Made by a program: the position numbers and the translations under genes
Notes under the pieces: generated by a model
What the model was told of the DNA's origin: nothing
Seen by the model: only the letters and a program-made list of their open reading frames with translations
Databases searched by the model: none
Assembly (NCBI GenBank): GCA_012295275.1
Contig: CM022665.1
Location: 3,100,001 to 3,164,000 of the forward strand
DNA from: Chrysomallon squamiferum
Taxonomy: Eukaryota > Animalia > Mollusca
Direction of reading: 5' to 3'
DNA: 64,000 nt
In this document: in pieces, positions 1 to 12,487 of the stretch
How positions within the stretch are numbered: the stretch's first letter is position 1
Layout: the number at the start of each line of letters is the position of its first letter

Positions 1-1794
1 AGACGTACTGCATATATATGCATATGCACGCGCACACATATATACACGCACAAACATACCAGTGCAGAAAGACAATCGTAGAAACAAAAGTGCGCAGGGA
101 CGCACATTTGTTTCCTCCATGAAATTGATTACAGAAATAAACGGGAAAGTGGAACGTACTTGGACATAATAGATTGTTAGTTTAGAATGGAAGCAGTGAC
201 CAGAAACAGATGTCACGCTTCATGCACGAGGGAGTGAGGCGCTCATGTCCAGTGCCCACCAGACCCTTTAAAGACCGGTCAAGATGCACGCGCTCGCGTT
301 CCTCCAGTACCCAACCCCTGTCAAACACGTGTTAAGCTGGGACTTCAAAGCGTAGATGGTTTGAAATGCAGGACATTAAATGTTGTGGAGGTACATTATC
401 TGCAGAAGATGCTTGTTTTGACAATGATGTTTGTACCATACTTGTTGTTCACCAGCTAGTTCTGACATTTTACAATCAGCTCTTTCAGTGTTGTCTGTTA
501 TACATCGTGTTTTAAAATAATTACAATAAAGAACGCCGTTAATTTTCATTGCTTTACCATCCTGCATATATGCCTCGATGTTGAAAGATAAGAAACTTAC
601 TTCATTTAGCTGTATGTTATTTATGTATTAACAGTGATGATGATGGTGACGATGATGTGATGATGATGATGATGATGTAAAATTGAAAATGTGTTTTCCC
701 TAAGATCTAACAGTGTGCATTACATATAAAATGTTCTCGTGTTACCATCATCCCTACCTCAAGGTTAACATTTCTGATATAACTTAACAAACTATTAAAT
801 TATTCAGCCTTTTGTTTTTCCAAGCTCGCTTCAGTTTACTTTAGTATTAAAATTAATTTTTATATCAAAGTCAGATTCGGCCAAGCAGTCGGTCATTATT
901 GTTAATAAGAAGAATTAATTCTATAAAATCATTTCATTACGTCTTCTCGATCTCATCAGACACGCCCTGCCTGCCCCCCGCCCCCCCGCTATACTTTTGT
1001 AACAAGTGCACAGATGTTGTCTGTCGTTTAGTTTACCAGGAATATCCAGACACGGGAGAACAGACGTTCATCAAGGAAGCTCCGTGTCCTCGATCAATAT
1101 ATCTGGGATGCCAAAAACAAAATTAAACAACAACCTTTGATCAAATATTTATTGCAATTGCATTATTTACTCACTTTTATTGGAGAGGCTCATTCCACCT
1201 ATTCCGCGTTAATTAAACGCCTAAACAATTTATTAATACACGCTACAACCGCACACGTCCTGTTAGGCGGCCAATTGGCGGCAATACGAAGACAGGTGTT
1301 TTTATAGACGCACAAAGATTTGCGGCGTGTGTTGTGTGTGTGTATTATGTGTGTGTTGTGTGTGTGTTGTGTGTGTGTTGTGTGTGTAGTTTCTTGTCAA
1401 TGTTTATATCTATTTATTAAATCTGTTGTATTTCTGTATGCTAAATTAGGAGATATCTCCTGTACGCTGTGAGAATGAAATTTGAAAACAGTAACCCACA
1501 GTTAGATGTTACACTGAGAAATGGTTCAGAAAAATGTACCATAAAAAAAAAAAAATGAATTTCATAAAATTTTATTTCATTTGAGACGCAAAATTACACC
1601 CAACAGAAACTCCAAAACTTTGAGAATACGCACAAATATTATTTTCATAATTACTGGCATTAATACTTGTTTATTCATATTATGTAAAGAAACGAAACAT
1701 TATAAAACGTTTTAATTACTCGAAATAATGCAACACCCGTAGCATTCTAACCTTTGTGTCAAACAAATAAAAATAAGAGGCTGTCTTCCTTCGC

Positions 1795-1826
<32 letters not shown>

Positions 1827-4800
1827 TAAGAAGAAGGAAAAAAAAGAGCTAATAATTTTCGAAGAACACAGTGGTGGTTTTGTAGAATCATCACTCACTT
1901 GTAACAGGTACGGTCTCTAGATTAAAGAAAACGCTTCTTCGACCGTCGGAGCACTGCGGTAACTTTGTTGCTAAATTTATCTGTAGGAAACTGTTTCTAC
2001 ACAAGAACAGACGTGAACTGTTTGTTTCATGACTGAACTGGGGATGGGTTACTGGCAACATACTTACTTGACTTCCATGGTTCCATTTGCCGGTTCTCGA
2101 AGACGTTGAGAATTACGAGATTTAAAACTGTATCAGCAAAACGCAGGTAACTCAACAGCCTGCACGTTTAAACCAAAATGTACTCTTGTGTAAATTAAAT
2201 AACCGTTTAAAAATGCTGATAATAAAATTCAGTCGGATTCAAAGGTGTACGTACATGTGTGTGTTTCAGTTGTTGATCGTTTTTGGGGAGAAATTGTTTG
2301 GTAATTGTTTTACAATGCAGTTTCTCTTTAGTGCAAAAATGTGAGCATGAGTTTACTAAATTTATTGTTTTATGATACAATTTGAACAGTGATTTTAATT
2401 ACTGGGGTTATTAACATCAAGCAGTTGGGTGAGACGAAGAAAAAATGCGATAATCGGAAAGTAGTACACAACATTAGATGTGTAACATCAATTATTCGTA
2501 ATTTTTGCTCGTAATGTATAACGAATTTCACCTCGGCGTTATTACAAAAGGTTATTTACTCGACAATGGGCAACACTTAATAAAATCTCATAGACATATT
2601 TCTGTATTACACGTAATTATATCTAATTAGTTCAACATGAAAAATATTCGTTAACGAAGTTTGGGACTGACCGCTCCTTTCTCGACAGCACGTCCAGTAA
2701 TTTCATTCTGTCTAAAAATAACACTTTAGATTAGATGAAACGAACTGTATAGTGTATTAGACTTAAAAAAGATACAGAAGATGAAAACACTACATTTTCT
2801 TACAGTTTTGTCTAACATTTGTTAATTTTTATAATATTTATAATACGAATCGTTATTTTTAAGTTTCAGAATCAAAACAGAACTTTACTTATGCTCAAGG
2901 CATTCAGATTCGGTTTAAATATAAATTGATTTTAATAAATACGAAAAAATGATGACGAAATGTGTACGTAAAGTATTTAAAAAAAGAAGAAGAAAAAAAG
3001 GGCCTGAAATAAATAATACTGTAATAAGAATAAAACCCACAACATAGATAATGATTACAACAGACAGAAGAAGAAATAAACACAATAATAATTAGTAATA
3101 ATATAATAGGAATAGATTTATTATTATTATTATTGTCGTTGTTGTAATCTTCATCAATCAATTTTGGTTATCAATACATGTGGAAGTGAAGGAACAAAGC
3201 TGTCATGTTAGTGTTGATTGTTTTATCTGTAAGTAGATTTACTGTATTATCTAAAATCAGTTTCAACAAAGGCATCGGTATTGTGTCAGAATGATTGCGA
3301 TAATCGACTTTTTGTATAGTTGTCATCTAAAATTTTATTAGTAAATAGAGTATCAGTGTGAAATTAATAGCCGATAAGTCGTTAACTGTTCGTGTAAATT
3401 AACATTACAACATTAATCTTGATAACGTTTTAGTACAGCTGGCTCGTGACTGCTTTATTAAAAAAAAAAAAAAATTGTATTTCCGCAGTGTGAAAAGGCT
3501 ATAAAGACTGAGCCGATGTAAAATCTAATGAACGAACGTTTAGCTGTGCGTTCTTCATATATCATGAACAGTTACTGTATCAAAATAATTACATATATAA
3601 ATGTTTCCCCTTCTTTCCATGAGAATGGAAATGTCAACCCATCAACATTAAAATGTATAACATGAAAACTCGGATCTATTTATCTTTTTGATAACAGAAG
3701 TTTTCTTTGAAACACGATGTTATAAAGCCTAATAAGTACAATATTTCCATCGTTAGCATTAATCATTCATACATACTGGAAATATTTCAGTGTAGATTAT
3801 TCTCTCTGTATAGAATTAGCAAATTAAACTAATGTACAGTTTGTTCAAAGTATATGTGTTGGAATATGTATTTTAAACTCTGCTTTAATCTTCAGTATCA
3901 GTGTACATTATTTTGTTATCATTTAATTAGAAAAAACAAAAACAAATATAAAGTTTGAATATTTTGATCTAAAACACAAATGGGCGAGAATATGAAAGCA
4001 CAAACACTGAAAAGGGTTGGCCAACGTAACGTGTTGAATCCACTGTCAACAAGTTTGCAGACACAACACGCACTATTTTAAAATGTGCAGGTTTTCAGTA
4101 CGCTACATTACAGGCTGTTTTCTCTCGATAATTATTTACATTTATTAAACTGAATCGAAAATTGTGTAACTGTTTAATTAAGGTAAAAATAACCACTGTG
4201 ACTGGCACAGGCACACGTCTCCATAGATGCTCACCATTGACGTAGGAGAATAGTAATTAGAGAATTCGTATTTTCTTTAATATGAAAATTTGGTGGTGTT
4301 CAGTGTTCTGACTATGAATACGTGTTGTACATAAAAGACAGTTCACATCATTCTCCCAATCCGGACTCCCACACTTCACACCTACATCCCACACCTACAT
4401 CCCACATCCCATACCTTCAAACGCGCGCACAGTAGTTTCTTATTCTTACATGCCGATGCATGCTGCATGCACAAATCTTCGTGTTTGATTCACTACAAAC
4501 ATGTCCACAGACAGATGATATAAGTATATACTGAGTTGATCGTCTTCCTGACATTTAGACTGCATTAATTAATGTGGAAAACGTGTTTGAAACAATGTGT
4601 TGAGAAACATCAAGCTCTCGTGATAAAACTGGATGTGCTGATAATGGAGTGGAGATGCATGCACATGTATGTAATTATCTCTGCACCGAATAACTTGTTT
4701 TGTCTCCAGATAGGTGGTGCTCTCGTTGGATTATTTTAGAAAAAAACATGATGTATACCACTTACGTGACGGTTGATAAAGATTAAAGTATGTTTGGTAG

Positions 4801-6505
4801 TTATTGTTACGATCATTTTGAATACAAATCAATGCTGAGTGAAATGGTAACGTCTATTTTAGGAATGTAAAGAGGAAACATTTAAAACCAGTCGATAACG
4901 ATACGTAAACATTTTTTTATATATATATTTCTATTCTTGCACATTTTATTTTCGTATTCGCTATAAAATATTCGCATTTGTCATGAAAAAAAAAAAGAGA
5001 AAAAAAAAGAAGCATATTCAAATCTTAATCAAAACAACAAAGCAACCCCTCTCCAACAATATAAAAATGTAATGGAAAATAATGAAATTTGAGAAATGTA
5101 ATTAAATTGTAATAACTAAGAAAAAATTAATTAACATCTGTTCAGTAATTTATCTATATAAACAAACGATTTCCAGAGAAAACGGATTTAACGTGCGGAC
5201 AAAAGACTAACGTTATCAGACTGTTTGTAAAACAAACATCGGCGCCAATCAAAGTTTTTTCTCCGCACCAGTTAACACTTCGCGAGTAACGCCGCCACAT
5301 TTCACCACTGATTGCAACAACAACAACACGGAGACTGTATTAAGAGACTTCTTGATTATCTTAGATCCCTTTAATCTGATCAAGGTTGTCATTTGCTAAT
5401 GATTTAATTGGGATTATTATTTGCAGTTTGGCCGCGTCAGACTTCGGGGATCTGCAGGGACTGTCGGCCACTCCCTAGTCCCGCGTGGCGCCACATAGGG
5501 GGCGCTGCAGTTCTCTTTCCTTTGTACACGCCAACAGCGTATACGTGTTAATTAAAACAAAATTAAAAATGGCCATCGTCACTTTTATCCAGCGTTTGTC
5601 TTCGACAGATTGGAGTTAATTTGTGGCATAATGTTCTTAAATTTGTAGGCAGACGTGAACGAATATAAACGTAATCACAGTATTAAAACGTATAAGGAAT
5701 TATCATAGCATACCTTCAGTTAAACTAAATGGGATAAATAAATTATTAATTTGACATTAAATCTTAAACCTATTTGATCTGCGTTGTTTAATTAGAAGGT
5801 GTTACAAAGTAAATACAGTTTTTTGACAGCTGTGACAACTTGAAAGATTTAAAAGGATTTTAATGTGCTTGAATGTTTACCTTTATGTCTATCTGTAATT
5901 TACAGACTATGATTCTGTTACATGTAAATAAAAACAACTTCTTACAACTATTAGATTGTAATTTGGCGAGTAGAATGTTTAAAATCATAAATCAAATATA
6001 TAAATATATCGTAGATATAAGCGACCCATAAATGTGAGAATGTAATTTTGTTTTTCTATAAATCAGTTAATGAATCTGTTTATGTAATATTAAGCTGGGC
6101 AAAAGTGGTGAGGAAATGGTCTAAGGTAAACAGGTCTCAGTGGGAAAATAAGGATAGAAAAAAATAAAAAGCTGAAATATATGACCGACAATAAGTAAAT
6201 AAATAAATTAAAAATAATAATAATTAAAAAAAAAAAATAATAATGTTTATTTTTTTTCACATCTTTTTCGTTTTTTTTTTTTTACATTCCTACTTACAAT
6301 TAAATTCTTGTATTTAATACAGTAATTAGTATGCAGCTCACATGAATGAGAAGAAAGAAAAAAAAAAAAAAAAAAAAGGAAACAAAAAATGTTTATTAGC
6401 TCCAGTTACTACAGTTTAATAAATCGTTCCTCAGATTCCATGGCAAAAGGTCGTAATTGTTAATTATAATGTTTGAAACACTGTTCCGTGTACATTATTA
6501 CCACT

Positions 6506-6544
<39 letters not shown>

Positions 6545-6709
6545 AAAATAATACCATAAAACAAAATTGTTTTTTTCTTTTTGTAAAAGGTTGTTGGAGT
6601 CATCGTCCGTTCAAAAAGGGTCTTTTGACAAAAGTGTAATGGTCTAGAAAGAACGTCTAGAGGTCTTTAAATATTTAAATCACATAAAGAAAAAAAAAAA
6701 GCTTTCTTT

Positions 6710-7521
6710 AGGCGCGCGCCAGATGTACGTAACTGAAAAGACACGTGGTATTCTTTTAGCAACCTGTTGTTCGCGTACCGTCACAAAAAGATGTGCATCC
6801 TGCTAGTCAGGTGTATCGCTATTACCCGCCAAATCATGTCACCCAATAACAGCGACCATCTGTCGCAGGTGAATGTAGCAGGCGCGACATAAACACTTTT
6901 AACTGTTATCTCTCTCTCTCTGTCGTTGATTTTAAACTCGTTTAGATATAGGTGTTGTTTTGTTTTTGTTTTTCTCTATATTTTACTTTTTTTTTTTTTT
7001 TTTTCGTGAATATTCAGTAGACTGACAATTTAGACAATAAAAAGAAGAAGAAGAAAAAGAAAGAAAAGAAATTAACAGTACTAATTATTAAAAGACCAAA
7101 CTTCCCGTAGTAAAACGTATATCGATGTGTAATTTTCATTACGGAAAAGTATAGAGTTTTAGATGTTGCACATTGTGCACCTGCAAATATTTATTTATTT
7201 ATGTTTGTAAGGAATAATGCTGGCTGTTTAAACATATTCGTTAGCTGTGTTTATGCTAAAACAAAGGCAATTGCCGCAGGGCTTGTCACGTTATTTAACA
7301 CTTACTTGACATTTACTGTTGCTAATTTAGCAAATAACATTATTAACGCTTATAATTAAACTACTTTTTTGTTTCTGTTATTTATTTATTTATTATTATT
7401 TATTATTATTATATATATATATATATATATTTTTTTTTTATTTTATTTTTTAATTGCTTGGTTGCACATCTGTTACAATGTTGACAAATCAACGTGTTCA
7501 TACATATTAGTTAAAAAAAAA

Positions 7522-7557
<36 letters not shown>

Positions 7558-8050
7558 AAAAAAATTGAAATAAGTATGCCGTTATGAATCATCGTGTTAT
7601 CGAATTGGAAGGTTTTTATTTTCTACCTGGAAGTTGACACTACCACCTGTTGGGAAACCTACCTAATCAATATGCTGCAAAATATGTACTTACGACCTTG
7701 ACATTTCGGGTGCGATACCGTTTTAGAATTGCCGTTTCGCGAACGGTTCGGTACGGTTTGATATACAGGAACTGACCACCTGCAGGCGCGTATGGGCACT
7801 TGGCTTGACTTTTGGTCGAGAGTTCATCTTTTTGTCCTTGTCAACGGACAAGCAGATGTTTTTGACATACAGAACGTACCGCACTTTTGATTGGCCAGAT
7901 GGAGAAAAAATAAACAGTCTGGTTTTAGGTCGGTCCTCCCGGTGGATGAATAATTACGCTTAGCCAGATGACAGGTCGCACGCGACTAGTAGCTGGCACG
8001 CGCCAAAGGCGGGAACTTGTTTTGCAGTCCTGGCTGGCGAACAATAAAAT
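6710..8050. promoter_or_regulatory. Distal candidate Delta enhancer (E-box cluster + HES site)
   Basis: CATCTG 6857, GCAGGTG 6865, CACCTGC 7178 and 7777, CACCTGT 7644, several CAGATG (~7853, ~7896, ~7965), TGGCACGCGCCA 7994-8005. Confidence 0.45.
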
Positions 8051-9940
8051 AGCTTACTGACAGAAGCAACTCGAAAAATAAATATAAATTTAAAGATGGC
8101 AGAGATACTTTTGCGTAGTGTTATCAAGTATTGATACATATATTGCGAGATAAAACACATCGTAAGATAACTTCTGTAAAAGGGCCACCCATCCCGAAAT
8201 TTGTTTTTATTTTTTATTAAAAAAAAAAAATAATAATAATAATAATAAATAAAAATAAAAAATACAATCTATATTACGCAATGTTGGAAATATTTTGTTA
8301 TTATCTCAGTAAATTCCCTTAAGGCAAAGATGGCAGTGAATGAAATACACAAGGTCACCTTGAACTTTTCCCATCATTTTCATGTTCAATGAATAAATTG
8401 AAAAAGCAGCTGCAATTGTTATCTGTAGCGAATTAGGTGATCCCGAACACAACATAACACAGATTACTGCCGTGGAATCACGTTAGTGCGCGAAACTGTG
8501 TCAGCGCGCACCTATATGCAAATGCACTCCGGTAAATGGCGGGAAACGTAATGTCGATATCTGTTATACACGCATTACAGTGACATACCGAATATAGTTT
8601 CACAACCCAGTCATCGCTTACTACAATACTACACAGAATGTTTTATTTTTTTATGTTTTTTTTTTTGTTGTTTTTTTCTCTCTCCGCAGTTTTATGCAAA
8701 GGTAAAAATTCTGTTACGCGTTTTTGTGTAGCTGTGAAAAATAATATTTAGTGAATAATGTACTATTCTTTGGAGAAATATGCACCAAATAAATTAATTT
8801 ATCCGAAATTTATATATATATATATATATATAACGGAGAAAAAATAGAACATGACGGAAAACTATTAAATAGCGTGAAAGGTATATACGTATGTAAGCGT
8901 ATATGTCCTATATATATTTGCGTGTGCGTGTGCGTGTGCGTGCATGTGTAATATGCCTGTGCATATATAGGCACATAAGACTTAATAAAAAATAAAAAAA
9001 TGAAAATGACATTTGTGGTGATACTTCATACACCTGGCTTTCTTACAGTGTGTTTTAACTCTATCAATATTTTTATACAAACTTGTATTCTGAAGTGGAT
9101 AAATGTTAACAACATTTTTTTTCGCCCCTTCTCTCTCGAGATTAAAATTTGTAATTCATTTTAGTTCACACGTGATTTCTTTGGTGAAATGCACGTGTTA
9201 CTGGTACTTGCTTTGTGGCGTGAAGTTTCAAAAACATTAACGCCCGACTTGTGAATTTCAGCACTGGTCATGTTTATTTAAACGCGTTATTTTCAATTTC
9301 TATTAGTCGTATGTAAACGGAAAGGTATCAAGCGTTTTTCTTTTCCGCAGATTTCAACAGATGTGATTTAAATATTGGTTTATGAAAGTATTTTTGAAGT
9401 TTAAACAACGACAAACGTTTTCATGTTACAGTCACAGTTTGTACTGGTCTGTTGTTTGTTCACAGCTGGGAAGTGAAAATGTACCTACATAATTATTAAG
9501 ACTGGTTATTTCATCTAATTAAGTTTCAGAAAACTTTAATATTGTTTAAAATCAGAATAATCCTTTTTTCAGAACATACAAATAAAATGTGACATCTATT
9601 CATTTATATTATTCACATTAAAATCAACTACGGAAAACCCAAGAAACCATTCTAAGAAAAATAACATAAAAGGGCTGTGAATCACAGTTCTAACCCCAAA
9701 GTGAGTCTGGATTGTACAGTAACAATTCATCTATGTCAGAATTGTCTATAACCCGTTACTCACATTTAACTGTCCACAAAAACAGCTTCAAGAGTATTTT
9801 TTTTAAATTTTATTTTATTTTATTTTAATTTATTATTGTTACTTTACAGTCGTATACATACACACAAATGCACACTTTAATAACTTCTACACCGAACCTT
9901 TAAAAAAAAAAAAAAATAATAATAATAATAATAATTAAAA

Positions 9941-9975
<35 letters not shown>

Positions 9976-10499
9976 ATGATCTATGGGTAAATACCATGCT
10001 GGTACGTCATGTGACGGGTACCCTGAATGGATGCACCTGTTACTGTACTAATCCCCTCTGTAAAAAAAAAAAAAAAAAAAAATCTTTAATGGTTACTGCG
10101 GTGGCAATCTGTTCATGGGTACATGTCACCATCGTGACCTTTACCACACGACAGAACAAACAGGTTTTCTCAAAGACTTGTATACTGCTATTACGTACAA
10201 CAGGTGTGTTGATGCGCTAGGTCGCGTCTCTTCTCTAACACATTCCTTTGTTTCAAGCATCACCCTTCGATGTCGTCGTTGTCTTCGTTTTTGTTGTTGT
10301 TATTATTATTTACTTATTTATTATATTTTATTTTACTTTATTAAAATATTACTTTAGTTTCATTTCCTTAGTCTTTGTTTGATAATTAAGGCGCGATAAA
10401 AAAAAAAATAAAAAAAAAAAAGGGGGGCGACAAAAAGACATCGTATCGTGCGTGCATTGTTGTCGAGAAGCGATAGCGAATTATTTATATATCGTCCAC

Positions 10500-11460
10500 A
10501 AACAATATATTTTTAGCAGGTGTGAAATATGAAAACGATACGATATGCGACAGGTAGTCTGCAGGCCATCTGCTCGCCTTCATTTATAACAGCAAAAACC
10601 GCGCCAAATTTCAGACCGCAATTATAACTGAACAGAACGACCGTATCCTTTGTTTATGCATAGGAATTAAGACATGGTGCTTTCCTACTGACTGACAAGT
10701 GATTTTTTTTTTCATTCGAAAGTAACATAACAGCACACAGCCAGGTGTGTCTTCAAGGGCAAATTGGCAAGGTGGCACGCGCCTTCTTCCTTATATGGAA
10801 GTTGCTCTACGCGTGGAACAATGATGGCAGGTGCGCGCTCGCCGGCAGCTGAGGGTACAAAGACAGTTTTGTGTGCTTCCTCAGAAAAAAAAAAAAAAAA
10901 GAAGAAGAAGAAAAAAAACCCACAAAAGAAGCTGCTCCCTAATATAATTAAGGGCACGCGCCAGTGCAGAATTTTGAATATTTTTAGTGCGGAAAAAACA
11001 AGTTTTAAAGTAGTGTTTTAGACCACCAAAAGTATTAAAATAAAAAAATATATTATTCTTAAAACTTCCAGTCCGTAGCATGAGCTGAAAGACAGAAAAA
11101 GAAAATGTATTTGTGCGGTGTTTTTTTTTCTTCTTCTTCTTCTTCTTCTCTCAGTTAACGGGTTACAACTGGCCGTTAACCTGTTGACTGGCAGATGTAG
11201 AATTCTCATTCATTTCACTACAAAGGCTAAATGTCTCTTGTATCCCGAGGGTTCAGTTACAAAAAGCGGGGCAGTTGGCAAGGCCCGCTATCGGACAGGG
11301 GTCTCCGTTTGACCAATTGCTTATCTTGGCTCGTTCAAATCGCCCGTTAATTGGTCAACTAAGTATCAGCATCCCCCCTTTAAGCTGAAAAGCTTTGGAT
11401 ATCCAATCCCTTTGACAGCTCTGGACCTATCAGTGCGTGGCGCGGGCAGTCGCGTGCCAG
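10500..11460. promoter_or_regulatory. Proximal Delta cis-regulatory module (proneural E-boxes + HES sites + T-box half-site)
   Basis: GCAGGTG at 10516 and 10827; CAGGTG at 10742; GCAGCTG at 10845; GGCACGCGCC at 10774 and 10953; GGCACGCGAC on - strand at 11449-11458; AGGTGTGAAA at 10518. Confidence 0.6.
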
Positions 11461-11521
11461 TATCCAACCGCAAACACGCCGGCGACAGCTAGCAATTCTC
11501 TCAGTAATAATAACACATATA

Positions 11522-11556
11522 TATAAAAAAAAACCGCTTCGGTCGAACACTCAGTC
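11522..11556 (+). promoter_or_regulatory. Delta core promoter: TATA box plus initiator
   Basis: TATAAAA at 11522-11528 and TCAGTC (Inr TCAGTY) at 11551-11556. The first T of TATA is -31 from the Inr A (11553), the canonical spacing. CCAAT/ATTGG motifs lie at ~11313, ~11350 and ~11404. Confidence 0.7.
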
Positions 11557-11843
11557 AAATTTTACCGACTTTAAAGGACATAGTAGCTAGTTCGTAAGGT
11601 ACGTTTGTGCGTATATGCGTGTTGTAGTAAAGTAGAGGTGTATATAAACACGTTTTTGTGTATTTTCTACTACGATCCACGTGGCCCGGACTCGTACAAC
11701 GGTATTATTACGATAAGCCGTACTTTCTGTCATTGCAGAGCTGCTGTCAGTCAACGCAGTGGGCGGAGCTTGATTTGAAACGAGGCTGGTGGATAGTAGC
11801 CAATATCGAAGAAATACAGCAAAGAGGACAGTAAGGAAGCGCA

Positions 11844-11912
11844 ATGCCATCACGAAAGACGGCAGTTTCTGCCGTTTTGTGGTCAATATATTTACTGTCA
11901 TACGTTACACAG
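11844..11912 (+). CDS. Delta: Delta coding exon 1 (signal peptide)
   Basis: ATG at 11844; MPSRKTAVSAVLWSIYLLSYVTQ; donor CAG|GTAAGC; phase 0 joins in frame to ISCTGAFEL. Confidence 0.85.
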
Positions 11913-12184
11913 GTAAGCAGATTTGGTTTTTACTTCGCTTTTGCAACTGCATATATTGACTTTGTTGTTTCTCAATATGGAAAATGTTTTGTTTAACATG
12001 TTTGCATTTTTCCATTTTATTCATCCATACACTTATTTGTATTATATTATGACTATGTGTATTGATTGTTTGTTTTTTTTTTTTTTTTTTTTTTTTTAAA
12101 TAAAATATTACATTTTAAAAACAGTTGATGATGATAATGTTATTAATTCGGATTTTGCTTTTCTTTCTTTCCATTCTGCCTCAG

Positions 12185-12487
12185 ATCTCTTGTACTGGAG
12201 CATTTGAACTTGAACTCAGATCATTCCGCAATGAGCATGGACTTAATATTTACGGAAACTGTTGTAATGGTATAAGGACGGGAGGCACGTGTTCTTCGAC
12301 ATGCCATACATTCTTTAGGATTTGTCTTGCACATTACATGGAAAAAATTGGATCGAACCCGGATTGTACCTACAACTCGCACACGACGCCTGTTCTTGGA
12401 AATAATACTATTGACTTCACAAAAAAGGATTATTTACCTCTGGATTACCAGAAACCAATTCGATTGCAGTTTAGCTTCAAGTGGCCG
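12185..12487 (+). CDS. Delta: Delta coding exon 2 (MNNL/C2 domain)
   Basis: Polypyrimidine tract + CAG acceptor; ISCTGAFELELRSF..GNCC..CHTFFRICLAHY..TPVLGNN..FSFKWP; donor CCG|GTAAGT; 303 nt. Confidence 0.97.

Noticed and set aside
5489-5507. CTCF-like TAGGGGGCGCTG (similar cores at ~16485, ~29231 and ~53066)
   Set aside because: Only the 3' core matches; the CCAS 5' part mismatches, so it cannot be called without a PWM scan or ChIP.
12125-12184. Hydrophobic N-terminus of ORF 12125-12595 as the Delta signal peptide
   Set aside because: It is the translated polypyrimidine tract of intron 1; the spliced exon 11844-11912 provides a better start.
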